60,115 nt of DNA from Schlesneria sp. (GCA_043746775.1 JAYTQJ010000686.1:1-60115), one strand, 5' to 3'; shown: positions 51,101 to 59,962, counted from the stretch's first letter. Notes: generated by a model not told the origin, from the sequence alone. A program made the numbers and translations.

Positions 51101-52038
51101 AGCCCCACAAGGCACCGCGCATAGGTTTGAGGCAGACATACGCGGCTCGCCAGAACCTCTTCGTCGCAGCAACGCTCACGGGCGCGAGAACACTCGCGGT
51201 TGATCCACCAAGCCAGCGGATGAAACCACCACACCACTTGGGCAACTCGTTGAAGCAGGGCATGAACTGCGTCGCCGCGTCGGATGTGAATCAGCTCGTG
51301 AGCGAGAATCGGCTCCAACGCGATCGCGTCGGTTCGCAGCAATGAAATCGGGATGACAATCGTCGTGCCCCACCAGCCAACGACGCCCGGTCCCTCGCCG
51401 GTAGCTGAGACCTGAACCTGTACGAAGCGCCTCACGCCGAGGCGGGTTGCCAACTCGATGACCATTGCTTGCAGGGACTCATCTTCAGTCCAAGCCGCAC
51501 GGCTGCGAGCCAACTTCCGCGACTGACGCCACCAACCCAGCAACATCACCGCGACGCCAAGCAACCAACCACAGAGCAACCCATCACGCCACGGCCAAGG
51601 TTTGGCGGGTGGCACACGAGTATTTTGCGACTCGATCGGCGGGTGAACTCGCGCGGTGAACGGCTCCGTCAACGAGCCGCCACTGTTCGGCAACACGAAC
51701 TCAGAGGGAACAGTCGCTCCACCAAATGGATGCGTTGGCGAAGCCGTTGCGATCCTCGTCGGCTCCACTCGCACTGCCATCTGCTCCACCATGCCCGTTG
51801 GCGCGAGCCAACCGAAGAGGCTGACCGGGCTGCTTAACAACGGCGGCGTGACGCCCTTGAGCAGGACCAGCAAGCACAGCAGATAAACCCAGTGCGGTTT
51901 CCGGCGCAGGCTGATCGCCAGCAGCGCGACCACCACCATCACGGCAGTCGTCTGCCACAGGTGACTCCACGCCAAGTCGCTCCACCCCGCCACCGCTGGA
52001 TCCCAACCCATCACGTTTTCATGACTCAGGCTGCTCAT
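48175..52038 (-). CDS. BlaR1/M56 metallopeptidase with long leucine-rich-repeat ectodomain
   Basis: ILAHELIHIRRGD, WWFHPLAW, RERCCDE; many LxxLxLxxTxITDAGL repeats; the ORF-track extension to 52185 is a translated repeat. Confidence 0.92.
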   Translation of the reverse strand: MSSLSHENVMGWDPAVAGWSDLAWSHLWQTTAVMVVVALLAISLRRKPHWVYLLCLLVLLKGVTPPLLSSPVSLFGWLAPTGMVEQMAVRVEPTRIATASPTHPFGGATVPSEFVLPNSGGSLTEPFTARVHPPIESQNTRVPPAKPWPWRDGLLCGWLLGVAVMLLGWWRQSRKLARSRAAWTEDESLQAMVIELATRLGVRRFVQVQVSATGEGPGVVGWWGTTIVIPISLLRTDAIALEPILAHELIHIRRGDAVHALLQRVAQVVWWFHPLAWWINRECSRARERCCDEEVLASRVCLPQTYARCLVGLLERQVERRSVRLALEMRSFDVTKQRLEGIMRRGSQFCHLTPRWCWVTLALLALIVLPGRAFIAAQPKAGDQQTVDERAAIPRSVQDSLAESMKELGHDIRVDDKQADQPWSIVNLNKRETARAAMPLVEKFHDLEWFNAQASPLEDADVARIAKLTRLKSIMLNGTKISDAALVHLRGMTQLEQLLLDETGITDAGLKQLQSLPNLKTLTLMKTAVSDEGVRALALFPKLEHLRLDNTQVTTAGLMPLKTMATLKSLSATQPLPIGMQKFAGATFQLELTELTEAAVRNIGDTTESALLMLTLKGPLITPDSLNLLQGFPSHKQLVLTFIDCPVTDADLAVLGKLPTLANLTINSATNSKITDTGLAHLRELKQLTHLYFDTQHITDEGVRHLAAIPSLQFLHLMMLPQVTDAGVRHLASLKELTHLSLFGSRITDASLLTLASLPKLTSLMLDQTAITDAGLAHLEQLPNLGSVTATGTKITQAGIDRLKTRLPKVTVLDRLPPTPERNADAAKSDARQVYSPLPLPQLSPASQSIIDRLRAMNVSVEMQPGYSQYSQRQHREYVSRQLPLAVTVHNPDDLAGVLLLLSRLPELEVLALNHCRFGTAEREQLKRLITLHSLQVFSGEFGDAELACLAELPELNVLHLSQTLVTDEGWVRLPVFSKLYSLHVTNSRFTDRMIEWLERQPQLETVGLLQSKFTTAGANRIAALPNLVEAQFEEERMPDRIPNPEINATFHLKKCDAEIVERIRKLGIVGNRLDFVRCGVGLNLSSDAITDDSLKALAPIADLVVDLHLVKTAITAAGLVEVGRLPHLASLGLHHNPNLTGTMLASHLSPLFVRTPVVSMIISSAETPAEKRRRNRQQFGLCCLILDGLALEQADLAALKPAMFLAISNGQLTDDKLKGFLSSGTMRLFLNNEPITDAGLLNLAESKYMSLRLGGSKVTEAGIAALRKRNPNILVTLAPAQPEPLE

Positions 52039-52101
52039 GAGAATCCTCGCTCCTCGCAGGGCACCGCAAATGATTTGGTAGGCTGGCACACATTTCAAAA
52101 C

Positions 52102-52203
52102 TAAGAACTGGTCCAAGAACAACTCCGTCGTTTGTCGCCTTTCGCTCCGCGAAAGGGCGTTCTTTCGCGGAGCGAAAGACGCCAATGATTGCGGGGTTTC
52201 TTA
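52102..52203. mobile_element. MITE-like element with family C core, located at the blaI stop codon
   Basis: TAAGAACTGGTCC...GGGGTTTCTTA; homolog of 6536 and 57994. Confidence 0.72.
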
Positions 52204-52587
52204 GCCGGCCTGCTCCTCTTCCCACTGCGTGAGCATCCCGCGCAGTTGGTCGATTTCATCGCGCGTCAGACCTCGGTCCTGTACGAGATGTTGCATCAGT
52301 GAGAGCACCTCGCCATCGAAGAGCCGATCGACGAACTCAGTCACGTTCTCGCGCACGACCTTGCTCGCCTGAACCTTCTGGCGGTAGAGCCGCTGCCGTC
52401 CATCGACCTTCGACTTGAGGTAGCCCTTCGCTTCGAGCCGCCGCAAATAAGTCTGCACGGTCTTGATGTCGATCTGCCGGTCTGCGGGAACTTTCTCGAA
52501 GACCTGGCGCAGCGTGGCCTCGCCCAAGTCCCACACGATGCGGGCGATTTCCAACTCGGATTTCGATGCGGACGGACGCTCAGGCAT
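52201..52587 (-). CDS. BlaI/MecI/CopY family transcriptional repressor
   Basis: SELEIARIVWDLG, TVQTYLRRLEAKGYL, FVDRLFDG. Confidence 0.95.
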   Translation of the reverse strand: MPERPSASKSELEIARIVWDLGEATLRQVFEKVPADRQIDIKTVQTYLRRLEAKGYLKSKVDGRQRLYRQKVQASKVVRENVTEFVDRLFDGEVLSLMQHLVQDRGLTRDEIDQLRGMLTQWEEEQAG

Positions 52588-52640
52588 GATCGGTTCCTCT
52601 CGACACGGACTGCGAGTCTCTACTTGATTACGATCAACAG

Positions 52641-52679
52641 GCGTACAAGTGTCTCCCTTAATAGCGTACAGATGTACGC
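52641..52679. promoter_or_regulatory. Putative BlaI/CopY operator pair (TACAnnTGTA)
   Basis: Palindrome GCGTACA-GA-TGTACGC at 52664-52679 and degenerate GCGTACA-AG-TGTCTCC at 52641-52656, just upstream of the repressor gene. Confidence 0.75.
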
Positions 52680-52764
52680 CAACATCGTCAACGGATTGTT
52701 GCGGCAGCTCGCGAGGTCAGGCAGGAGAGTCATACCGGGGCGCGGTTCCAGAGGCCGGGGAGGG

Positions 52765-52861
52765 GCTTGTTGAAAATCGTAGGATGGACGCCCTCGTCCG
52801 TCCGCTTCCAATTAGAAAAGACTCGGACGAGGGCGTCCAAGTTACGTTTTTCAACAGACTC
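52765..52861. mobile_element. MITE-like element: TTGTTGAAAA...TTTTTCAACAG shell around a family E hairpin
   Basis: Same shell as 41639 but a different core. Confidence 0.78.
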
Positions 52862-52893
52862 TTTGGGCTGGTTCAAAACAACTTCCCGGTTTG

Positions 52894-53006
52894 CTCGCCT
52901 TTTCTCCCTCCCCTCGGCGGGGAGGGAGAAAAGGCGAGGAGGGAGGATGGTCAAGTCGATTTGCCACTCGCCCCCCCTCCCTAACCCTCCCCGCCGAGGG
53001 GAGGGA
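52894..53006. repeat. F-variant repeat pair (CCCTCCCCTCGGCGGGGAGGG / CCCTCCCTAACCCTCCCCGCCGAGGGGAGGG)
   Basis: Matches the arms at 26165 and 26382. Confidence 0.8.
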
Positions 53007-53116
53007 ACCAGAAGGAAACTCGGGAAGTGATTGCGAGCCGGTTCCTAACTCACCGCTTGGCAAGTGGAACCGGCCCCGGCCCGGCAGTTCTCCGGTCGCT
53101 CAGTTCGACTTGGGTG

Positions 53117-54271
53117 TCAGTCGATCACAATCAGGTCGCGGCTGACGTGGGAGAGTCGTTCGCAGCCAGCGTGTGTGACAAGGACATTGTCGATGATGCG
53201 GGCACCGAGCTGTTCCTCACCAATGAAGACGGGCGGTTCGACCGTCACGACCATGCCCGCTTGAAGTGTGTACGAACTGTCACCAAACAGGTGGATTGGT
53301 TCGGCCCAGGAAGGGGGCGAGCCAGGGGCGAGGCCATAGCCGGACAGATGGACTCGCGCGTGATCGAGTCCGGCGGCGGCGATCACTTGTTTCGCGGCCT
53401 CGTGCGGGACGATCGCGGGGACTCCGGCGCGGATCTCAGCGATGCAAGCGTCAGAGGCGCGACAGACAAGGTCGTGCAGTTCGAACATTCGAGATGTTGG
53501 CTTGCCCAAACTGAACTGCCGACCGATGGTCGCGGTGTACCGTTTGAAGGTGGCTCCATATTCGACGTTGCCGAAATCGCCATGCCTCAACCGGCGGTCG
53601 GTCGGTGCGCCATGGCTGAAGCACGAACGAGGACCGGAGACGAGATTGATCGGACTGGCGGCGAGTCCGCTGCCGGAGGTCAGCAGTTCGTGATAGACCT
53701 CGCCCGCGATTTCGAGTTCGGTGCGGCCCGCTCGCAGCGAAGCAGTGAACCGTAGCAGGGCTTTGTCGGCAATGCGGCTGGCCTTGCGGATGTAACTCAA
53801 CTCGGTTGGTGACTTCACCAGCGAGAGATCGTGAATCAAGTTCGTGGCTTCGGTGAGCCGGTCTCCGAAGAGCTGCCTGATGCGGACATAATGATGCGGG
53901 TGCAGGTAATACCCCGGCACCTCCATTCCGAAGTGAGCCTCCTTCACTCCGAGTGATTCGACGAGCCGTTCGAGCGCCGTGATCGGGTCTTCTGGTTCGC
54001 CACCGCCCCAAGTGTGCAGCTCATCCACGAGCGCATCATCCAGATACTCGTTCCGTTCCCCGGTACGAGTCAGCACGCGGATCGGCCCCGGTTCGGCCGA
54101 GATCAGCAAGCACTGAAACTCTTGGTAACTCTTCGCGTCAGAGCCGGTCAGCCAGCGGATCGTGACCGGGTGAAACACGAGGAACCAGTCCAGACCGGCC
54201 GCTGCGATGGCACCTCGCGCACAAGCTCGTCGCAGGGAGAATTCATCCGCCGAGAAATCGTGCTTCGACAT
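53117..54271 (-). CDS. M24 family (Xaa-Pro/creatinase-like) peptidase
   Basis: Creatinase N-like domain; VKSPTELSYIRKA; FSHGAP; HLSGYGL; VTVEPP...GARIIDNVLVT. Confidence 0.88.
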   Translation of the reverse strand: MSKHDFSADEFSLRRACARGAIAAAGLDWFLVFHPVTIRWLTGSDAKSYQEFQCLLISAEPGPIRVLTRTGERNEYLDDALVDELHTWGGGEPEDPITALERLVESLGVKEAHFGMEVPGYYLHPHHYVRIRQLFGDRLTEATNLIHDLSLVKSPTELSYIRKASRIADKALLRFTASLRAGRTELEIAGEVYHELLTSGSGLAASPINLVSGPRSCFSHGAPTDRRLRHGDFGNVEYGATFKRYTATIGRQFSLGKPTSRMFELHDLVCRASDACIAEIRAGVPAIVPHEAAKQVIAAAGLDHARVHLSGYGLAPGSPPSWAEPIHLFGDSSYTLQAGMVVTVEPPVFIGEEQLGARIIDNVLVTHAGCERLSHVSRDLIVID

Positions 54272-54327
54272 GGATTGTCCAACTCAAAAGGTGGTCAGGG
54301 CGGCGTGCTCTATGGCAATGACTTTAC

Positions 54328-54430
54328 TAACTCGCTGCATGAGCGAGGGCGATGATCAGGAAGGTTTCCCTTTGTTTCCCTCGCTCACGCTGCGGGTTAC
54401 TTGGTCAATGGCTGCGGGTTACATGGTCAA
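54328..54430. repeat. Degenerate family A hairpin with duplicated right end
   Basis: CCCTCGCTCACGCTGCGGGTTAC followed by a second GCTGCGGGTTAC. Confidence 0.65.
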
Positions 54431-54485
54431 AGTCAGTACCCCCGCTGGCTCCGCGAACCGTCAACACACGTGAGTCGGAGGCACC

Positions 54486-54526
54486 AAATAAAGAAGCCCT
54501 TCGACATATTTGTCGAAGGGCTTCTT
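54486..54526 (-). terminator. Intrinsic terminator of ssrA
   Basis: Perfect 16-bp stem AAGAAGCCCTTCGACA/TGTCGAAGGGCTTCTT directly after the tmRNA 3' end. Confidence 0.85.
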
Positions 54527-54537
54527 GTTCCAGAAAG

Positions 54538-54887
54538 TGGAGGCGAGGGGAATTGAACCCCTGTCCTGTGATACCTCAGCATGAGCCACTACGTGTGTAT
54601 TCCGCTGATTGATGTCATCGCGGCAGGCTCAACGAACGAGGCCCGCTCACGACCAGTGTCCTACAAGTCTCACTCCGAGCGTAGGTCACATTGACCCGGA
54701 GCCAGCCGGTATTTGCGTGTAACTTTCGGACTCCAACGGCAAGGATTCCTCAGTCACGGCTGCACTAGGCAGCCAAGGTCAACGGCCGATTGGCAGTTGT
54801 TTTTTGATCGGCTTTTTACGTGGCCTGCTGATCAACCACGACACGCCACCCATACCTGCAGCGATCCAGTCGAATCCGGTCGCCCCC
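54538..54887 (-). ncRNA. ssrA: tmRNA; tag peptide (A)ANRPLTLAA* at 54794-54765
   Basis: 5' GGGGGCGACCGGATTCGAC; 3' T-arm AGGGGTTCAATTCCCCT and acceptor CGCCTCCA with a G3:U pair; internal ORF ending LAA-stop; 350 nt. Confidence 0.97.
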
Positions 54888-55147
54888 TTCTGTGTGTCAC
54901 TCGGCCTGCTGAAATGAGCCGAACGACGCGAGCATGGTAGCGACCGGATGCTCAACTGCAAGGCGGTCGCTTGGGGCGCGAACGATGAGGACAAAAGCGA
55001 ATGGCACAGTTTGAGGCATTTTGTCGCCAAGGCGAAAACTGTTGAGAATAGGCTGGGCGCATCGCGCATCGTTTGCCAGCATGTCGGGGCATTCGCTTCG
55101 AGTCGTTTGTGGTTCCTCCAAATGTTCCCTGCCAAGGAGTCGTTTCG

Positions 55148-56455
55148 ATGCTGACCTTTTCCGCTGGCCACAGTCATCGCGTTTGTGATGGAACTAGTCG
55201 TCGAGACTTTCTTCGAGCCGGTGCCTTGGGAATGGGCGGCTTGTCGCTGGCGAATCTCTTGGCCGAGCGGGCCGCCGCTGCGGAAAGTGGTCGGACGGTG
55301 TCGGACACTTCCGTCGTGTGGCTCTGGCTGGGGGGAGGCCCGACTCACGTCGAGACGTTCGATCCGAAGCTCTCCGCTCCGGCCGAGTACCGCAGCGTGA
55401 CGGGTGAGACCTCGACCAACGTGCCCGGTGTGTCTCTGGGAGGATCATTCACGAAGCTGGCGACTGTGGCGGACAAGATGGCGTTCGTCCGGTCGTTCGC
55501 TCATTCCAACAGTGGCCACGGTGGCGGGACGCACTTCGTCATGACGGGCTATGACAATCGAAACATCGATAACGGCGGACTGCCGACGCGACCGTCGCTC
55601 GGTTCCATCGTGTCAAAGGTGCGCGGAGCCAATCACGATCAGACCGGCATCCCGTCGTTCGTGCGGCTCGCCGGAATTACTGCGGACGGCCCGGCTTTTC
55701 TTGGCCCCGCCTACGCGCCGTTCGATCCGACTGGCCAAGCTCGTAGCAACATGAACTTGGGGACGAAGGTCGATCGCTTCGACGATCGACGCGAGTTGCT
55801 CGGCAGCTTGGACCGTTTGCGTCGGGAGAGCGACTCGCACGGACTGATGAACGGACTGGATGAGTTCGAGCAGCAGGCATTTCAGTTGCTGCTTGGACAG
55901 TCGGCCGATGCGTTTGACGTGACGAAGGAACACGCGCCGACAGCCGCCAAGTACGGCAAGGATCTGCTGGCGCAACGAATGCTTGTCGCCCGACGCTTGG
56001 TCGAGAAGGGCTGCGGGTTCGTCACGATCAATTACGGCGGCTGGGACATGCACCAGCAAATCGAACGCGGCATGAATCGCCTCGCCCCGGCTCTCGATCA
56101 TGCCGTCGCGACTTTCTTGGAAGACGTGGCTCAGCGCGGGATGTCCGAAAAAGTGCTACTGGTCATCACGGGTGAATTCGGTCGCACACCGCGCATCAAC
56201 CGCAACGCCGGTCGTGACCACTGGGCACCGTTGAGTACTCTCGCCCTCGCCGGAGGCAATCTGAAAATGGGCCAAGTCGTCGGGGAGTCGATGCCGAAGG
56301 CAGACGTTCCCAAAACGAAGCCGATCCGCCCGCAGGATCTCATGGCGACGGTGTTCCACCATCTGGGGATCGACTCGAAGACGCAGTTCGTCAATCAAGG
56401 TGGTCGCCCGGTCTACGTCCTCGAACAGGGCCAGCCGATCGCTGAGTTGATCTGA
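55148..56455 (+). CDS. DUF1501 domain protein
   Basis: SRRDFLRAG, WLGGGPTHVETFDPK, ARRLVEKG, GGWDMH, GEFGRTPRIN, GRDHW. Confidence 0.96.
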   Translation: MLTFSAGHSHRVCDGTSRRDFLRAGALGMGGLSLANLLAERAAAAESGRTVSDTSVVWLWLGGGPTHVETFDPKLSAPAEYRSVTGETSTNVPGVSLGGSFTKLATVADKMAFVRSFAHSNSGHGGGTHFVMTGYDNRNIDNGGLPTRPSLGSIVSKVRGANHDQTGIPSFVRLAGITADGPAFLGPAYAPFDPTGQARSNMNLGTKVDRFDDRRELLGSLDRLRRESDSHGLMNGLDEFEQQAFQLLLGQSADAFDVTKEHAPTAAKYGKDLLAQRMLVARRLVEKGCGFVTINYGGWDMHQQIERGMNRLAPALDHAVATFLEDVAQRGMSEKVLLVITGEFGRTPRINRNAGRDHWAPLSTLALAGGNLKMGQVVGESMPKADVPKTKPIRPQDLMATVFHHLGIDSKTQFVNQGGRPVYVLEQGQPIAELI

Positions 56456-56570
56456 CCTCCCTTGAGTCTGTCCTGTCTTTGTCATTGAGGCAGGCGGAAT
56501 ATTGAGGCAGGCAGATATCGAGTCGCTTTCGGTTCATCAGGGGGAGCGTGGCATCCGGGCGTTCGGCCTC

Positions 56571-57314
56571 TCAATGCCGACGCCCTGACAGCGACGAGTA
56601 CGCCTCATTCGCCAATTGAACCGCGTACGAATGTTCCTCATCCGTCAGCGGAACATGCTCGCTGTTCGTCGCCAACTCTGTAGCCAATCGCAAGGCCAGA
56701 TCTGCTTCCAGACCCGCCAACGAAGCTTGTGGAAAGAGTTCAACGATCCCCGGCAATTCGGGTGTCAAGTGTGACGCCTGCAACACCAAACCGCCGTGTT
56801 GCAGGATGGCTCCACGCCGACGGCGCTGCGCACTCCCGAGCAGCTTGTGACCTTGCGCCACCAGATCGTGTTCGTCCTCGCGAGCGAAGCACAGGAGCGG
56901 CTCGTGCTTGAGCAACACGGTCTCGCCTCGCATCTCAACGTCCACGCCGCGCGACTTCAACACCGCGATGAAGCCCCGGTGAATGAGTCCGTACAGTTCG
57001 GCCGGATGCGCAACGACTCGCTGTGACGGCGGCAGTGCGAGGCTGTACGTCACCTCCTGATCGTGGATGAGCGTCCCACCTCCTGACAATCTTCGCACCG
57101 CTGGCAGATGTGCGAATCGTGTCTCCGCACGGAAGTCCGTTTCCTGCTGGAAATACCCCAGCGACGCCGTTGGCTCACACCACCGATAGAACCGTAATGA
57201 AGCCACGCCGCGCTCGAAGGCTGACTCCAACAACACCTCATCCACCGCCATGTTCCACGCTCCCGCGCGCGGTTCATCGTCGAGCAGAATTCGCAGTTCA
57301 GTCAGCTTGAACAT
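56571..57314 (-). CDS. Lipoate-protein ligase / octanoyltransferase (LplA/LipM-like)
   Basis: NMAVDE, LRFYRW..PTASLGYFQ, VRRLSGGG, KLLGSAQRR..GAILQHG. Confidence 0.92.
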   Translation of the reverse strand: MFKLTELRILLDDEPRAGAWNMAVDEVLLESAFERGVASLRFYRWCEPTASLGYFQQETDFRAETRFAHLPAVRRLSGGGTLIHDQEVTYSLALPPSQRVVAHPAELYGLIHRGFIAVLKSRGVDVEMRGETVLLKHEPLLCFAREDEHDLVAQGHKLLGSAQRRRRGAILQHGGLVLQASHLTPELPGIVELFPQASLAGLEADLALRLATELATNSEHVPLTDEEHSYAVQLANEAYSSLSGRRH

Positions 57315-57635
57315 CGCACCCGATCAATTACCCGAACACACCCGTCGTGGCGACTTGCGAACCCGCAACATTCCCACCGCACAGCCTCCGCGAGATTCTG
57401 ACGCTTCGCCGCACCTATTCAAGACGTGCCCGATAAAAGTAGCTCAGTCCCACAGACAGGAGAGTCAAGGAACGCGAGGCCCGCCTGAGTTGATGTCGAA
57501 GAACGAATGGGAGTGCAGCGTGAGGTCCCGATCAAGGAGGAACGGAGTGACATTCAGCAGAAACCATGCGCCACCACAAAGCTCGCCTTGCAACAGCAAG
57601 AAGTTGTCGATGGCAGTTGCCGACTCCGGTTATCT

Positions 57636-57782
57636 ACGACGCAGGTCTGGATCGCGATCAGCACCTACGTACTGCTGGCGAACGTCAAACGCGAACTGAA
57701 AATGGATCGCAGCCAGTCCGCATATTTACTCTTCGTGAAGGAAAGCCAGTCCCCCTGTGTCCAGCGTGAAGACTCCTCCTAA
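57636..57782 (+). pseudogene. IS4-family transposase C-terminal remnant
   Basis: TQVWIAISTYVLLANVKRELKMDRS resembles the IS4-type C-terminal TQxWIAIxxYVLxAIxKKxL; no N-terminal part. Confidence 0.65.
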
Positions 57783-57785
57783 CGC

Positions 57786-57998
57786 GACACTGCAACCACT
57801 CACTCCAAGGGGAACGGTCCGTGCGAGAAACGGACCTTCACCAGCACCACGGCGCTGAACGCCGACCTGCAACACGCGCTCGGCTGGTCCAGCGCCAAGC
57901 AGGTCTTTCGCACCACCCGCGAATGCGTGTGGACCGACCGCACCACGGTGGAACGCAATACCTCGCGAGAGACTGTCTATGGCACGAGCAGCTTATGA
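57786..57998 (+). pseudogene. ISAs1-family transposase internal remnant (not in the ORF track frame)
   Basis: Hand translation DTATTHSKGNGPCEKRTFTSTTALNADLQHALGWSSAKQVFRTTRE...SRETVYGTSSL* resembles ISAs1 KGHGRxExR...WPG.KQVFR...ETVYGITSL. Confidence 0.65.
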
Positions 57999-58097
57999 AC
58001 CCGTCCCAAAACAATGTCGCCTTTCGCTCCGCGAAAGAGCGCCCTTTCGTGGAGCGAAAGGCGACAAACGGCGGAGTCATTCTTGGACAGGTTCTTA
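57994..58097. mobile_element. MITE-like element with family C core truncating the ISAs1 remnant
   Basis: TA-TGAACCCGTCC...GGACAGGTTCT-TA. Confidence 0.75.
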
Positions 58098-58304
58098 CCA
58101 CACGAATATCGCCGCGCAGCTTGCGCGATTGCTTGTGGAACACCCTGACTCGTAAAGAAACCATTGGGCATTGTGTAGCTGGAATGTGCCGTGGCACGGA
58201 TGTGAGTGGCATCGTTGTGCGACCGCTTATATCTTCCGTTGCAGTCACGGGAATGGCTCCGGGGCAGATCTCAATTCGACATTCGCATCAGAACTTTCGC
58301 CTCT

Positions 58305-59459
58305 ATGACTGAGAACGCCGCCACTCTTCGACGCGAGGTCATGGACCGCACGCGCACCGTTGTCGTCAAAGTTGGAACGAACGTTCTTTCGACCGACGAC
58401 GACCAGCTCGACGCCGCGCGAATCGCGTCGCTGGCCGAACAGGTTCATGCGTTGTGTGCTTCGGGACGCAAGGTCGTGCTGGTATCGAGCGGAGCAATCG
58501 GCGCGGGGATGGGTTTGCTCGGCTTGAAGGAGCGGCCCAAAGACCTGCCACATCTGCAAGCCGCCGCTGCGACAGGGCAAGCACACCTGATCCACATCTA
58601 CGACAAAGCCTTTCGCCCGCACGGCTACCACGCCGCGCAGTTGTTGCTGACCGCGAACGACTTCAAGAACCGGTCGCGGTATCTCAATGTGCGGAACACG
58701 CTGCGAACGCTCTTTGAATTCAACGCGATCCCGATCGTCAACGAGAACGACACCGTTAGCACCGCCGAAATCAAACTGGGTGACAACGACCGCCTCGCCG
58801 CGATGGTGGCCGGTTTGATTCAGGCCGACCTGCTGATCGTCCTCTCCGTCATTGAGGGACTGCTGACGGGCGATCCTTCCGACCCGCAAAGCCACCGCAT
58901 TCCACTGGTCGAGCGGTTCGATGACGATTTGCTGAATCTCGTCGGAGCCTCGAAAAGCTCACGCGGAACAGGCGGAATGAAGACCAAGTTGGAGGCCGTT
59001 CACACGGCAACGGCGGTCGGCGTGAACGTCGTCATTGCCAACGGCAAACGACCGCGCGTCCTTGATGAGATTCTGCACGGCGATGACATCGGAACGCTGT
59101 TCCTTGGCGAAGGGGACGGCGTTTCGGCGTGGAAACGCTGGATCGGCTACACGATGCCGCCGCAGGGCCGCTTCGTGTTGGATGACGGTGCTCGCCGCGC
59201 AGTCGAGCAGCACGGCAAGTCGCTCCTCGCGGCAGGGATTGTTCGCGTGGAAGGAGACTTTGCCAAAGGTGAAGTCGTGTCGCTGATCGACCAGCACGGC
59301 GAAGAATTCGCACGGGGACTGACCAATTATGACGCCACCGCCACGCTGGCCATCGCTGGCAAACGTTCGGACGAGATCGTCAAGTCGATCGGCTCAATCC
59401 CCTACGCCGAAGTCATCCACCGCGACAACCTCGTCGTGACGAGCCTGTCGAAAAACTGA
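58305..59459 (+). CDS. proB: Glutamate 5-kinase (with PUA domain)
   Basis: VVKVGT, VSSGAI, QAAAATGQ, NENDTV..EIKLGDND, GTGGMKTK, VIHRDNL. Confidence 0.98.
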   Translation: MTENAATLRREVMDRTRTVVVKVGTNVLSTDDDQLDAARIASLAEQVHALCASGRKVVLVSSGAIGAGMGLLGLKERPKDLPHLQAAAATGQAHLIHIYDKAFRPHGYHAAQLLLTANDFKNRSRYLNVRNTLRTLFEFNAIPIVNENDTVSTAEIKLGDNDRLAAMVAGLIQADLLIVLSVIEGLLTGDPSDPQSHRIPLVERFDDDLLNLVGASKSSRGTGGMKTKLEAVHTATAVGVNVVIANGKRPRVLDEILHGDDIGTLFLGEGDGVSAWKRWIGYTMPPQGRFVLDDGARRAVEQHGKSLLAAGIVRVEGDFAKGEVVSLIDQHGEEFARGLTNYDATATLAIAGKRSDEIVKSIGSIPYAEVIHRDNLVVTSLSKN

Positions 59460-59683
59460 AGCAGCCCCCGACTCCGACAGACTGCCGTTGCCAACTGAAC
59501 TCGTCATCGAGACTTGCATTTGGCTGCTTCAGCCTTAATACTCCCGCCCCTTCATGGCAGGCGGCTGAGTCCCTTTGCTGAGGGTTGTGCCGTGCGGTGT
59601 TGCCGGTGCGAACCGATTTCCTCCACGTTTCTCACCCAGAAACGGGCCTCCCTTTGTGTGAGGTCTCCCAATGAGGCGAACTG

Positions 59684-59962
59684 ATGGCTGCGTACAACAA
59701 GACCGAAGTTAAGAAGATTCGTAAGAAGCGACAGCGGCTGAAGAAGAAGCTCCGCTGCCGGTTCGCTCCGAATGGCAAGTCGCCACATCCCATCTATGTC
59801 GATTACAAGGATCTGAAAACGCTCCGACAGATGATCGACCGCGAAGGAAACATGCTGCCGCGACGCAAGACCGGCAACTGTGCTAAGTGGCAACGAGCCG
59901 TCCGCGAAGCGATCCTGCGGGCACGCTTTATCGGCCTGCTCCCGTATGTGTCGGAAGAATGA
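59684..59962 (+). CDS. rpsR: 30S ribosomal protein S18
   Basis: VDYKD...[16 protein letters not shown]...[13 protein letters not shown]. Confidence 0.96.
   Translation: MAAYNKTEVKKIRKKRQRLKKKLRCRFAPNGKSPHPIYVDYKDLKTLRQMIDREGNMLPRRKTGNCAKWQRAVREAILRARFIGLLPYVSEE

Noticed and set aside
52039-52185. N-terminal extension MASFAPRKNALSRSERRQ of the BlaR protein (similar extensions for 4049, 5393, 30432, 23499)
   Set aside because: These are translations of intergenic repeat elements upstream of better starts, so they were not counted as in-frame insertions
48175-54538. Genomic island integrated at the tmRNA 3' end
   Set aside because: No integrase, and I found no duplicated ssrA 3' end; GTGGAGGCGA near 26511 is a short chance match inside batA
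59684-59962. S18 as a special zinc-free paralog
   Set aside because: Only a partial Cys pattern (CRF, GNC); cannot be judged without the rest of the genome
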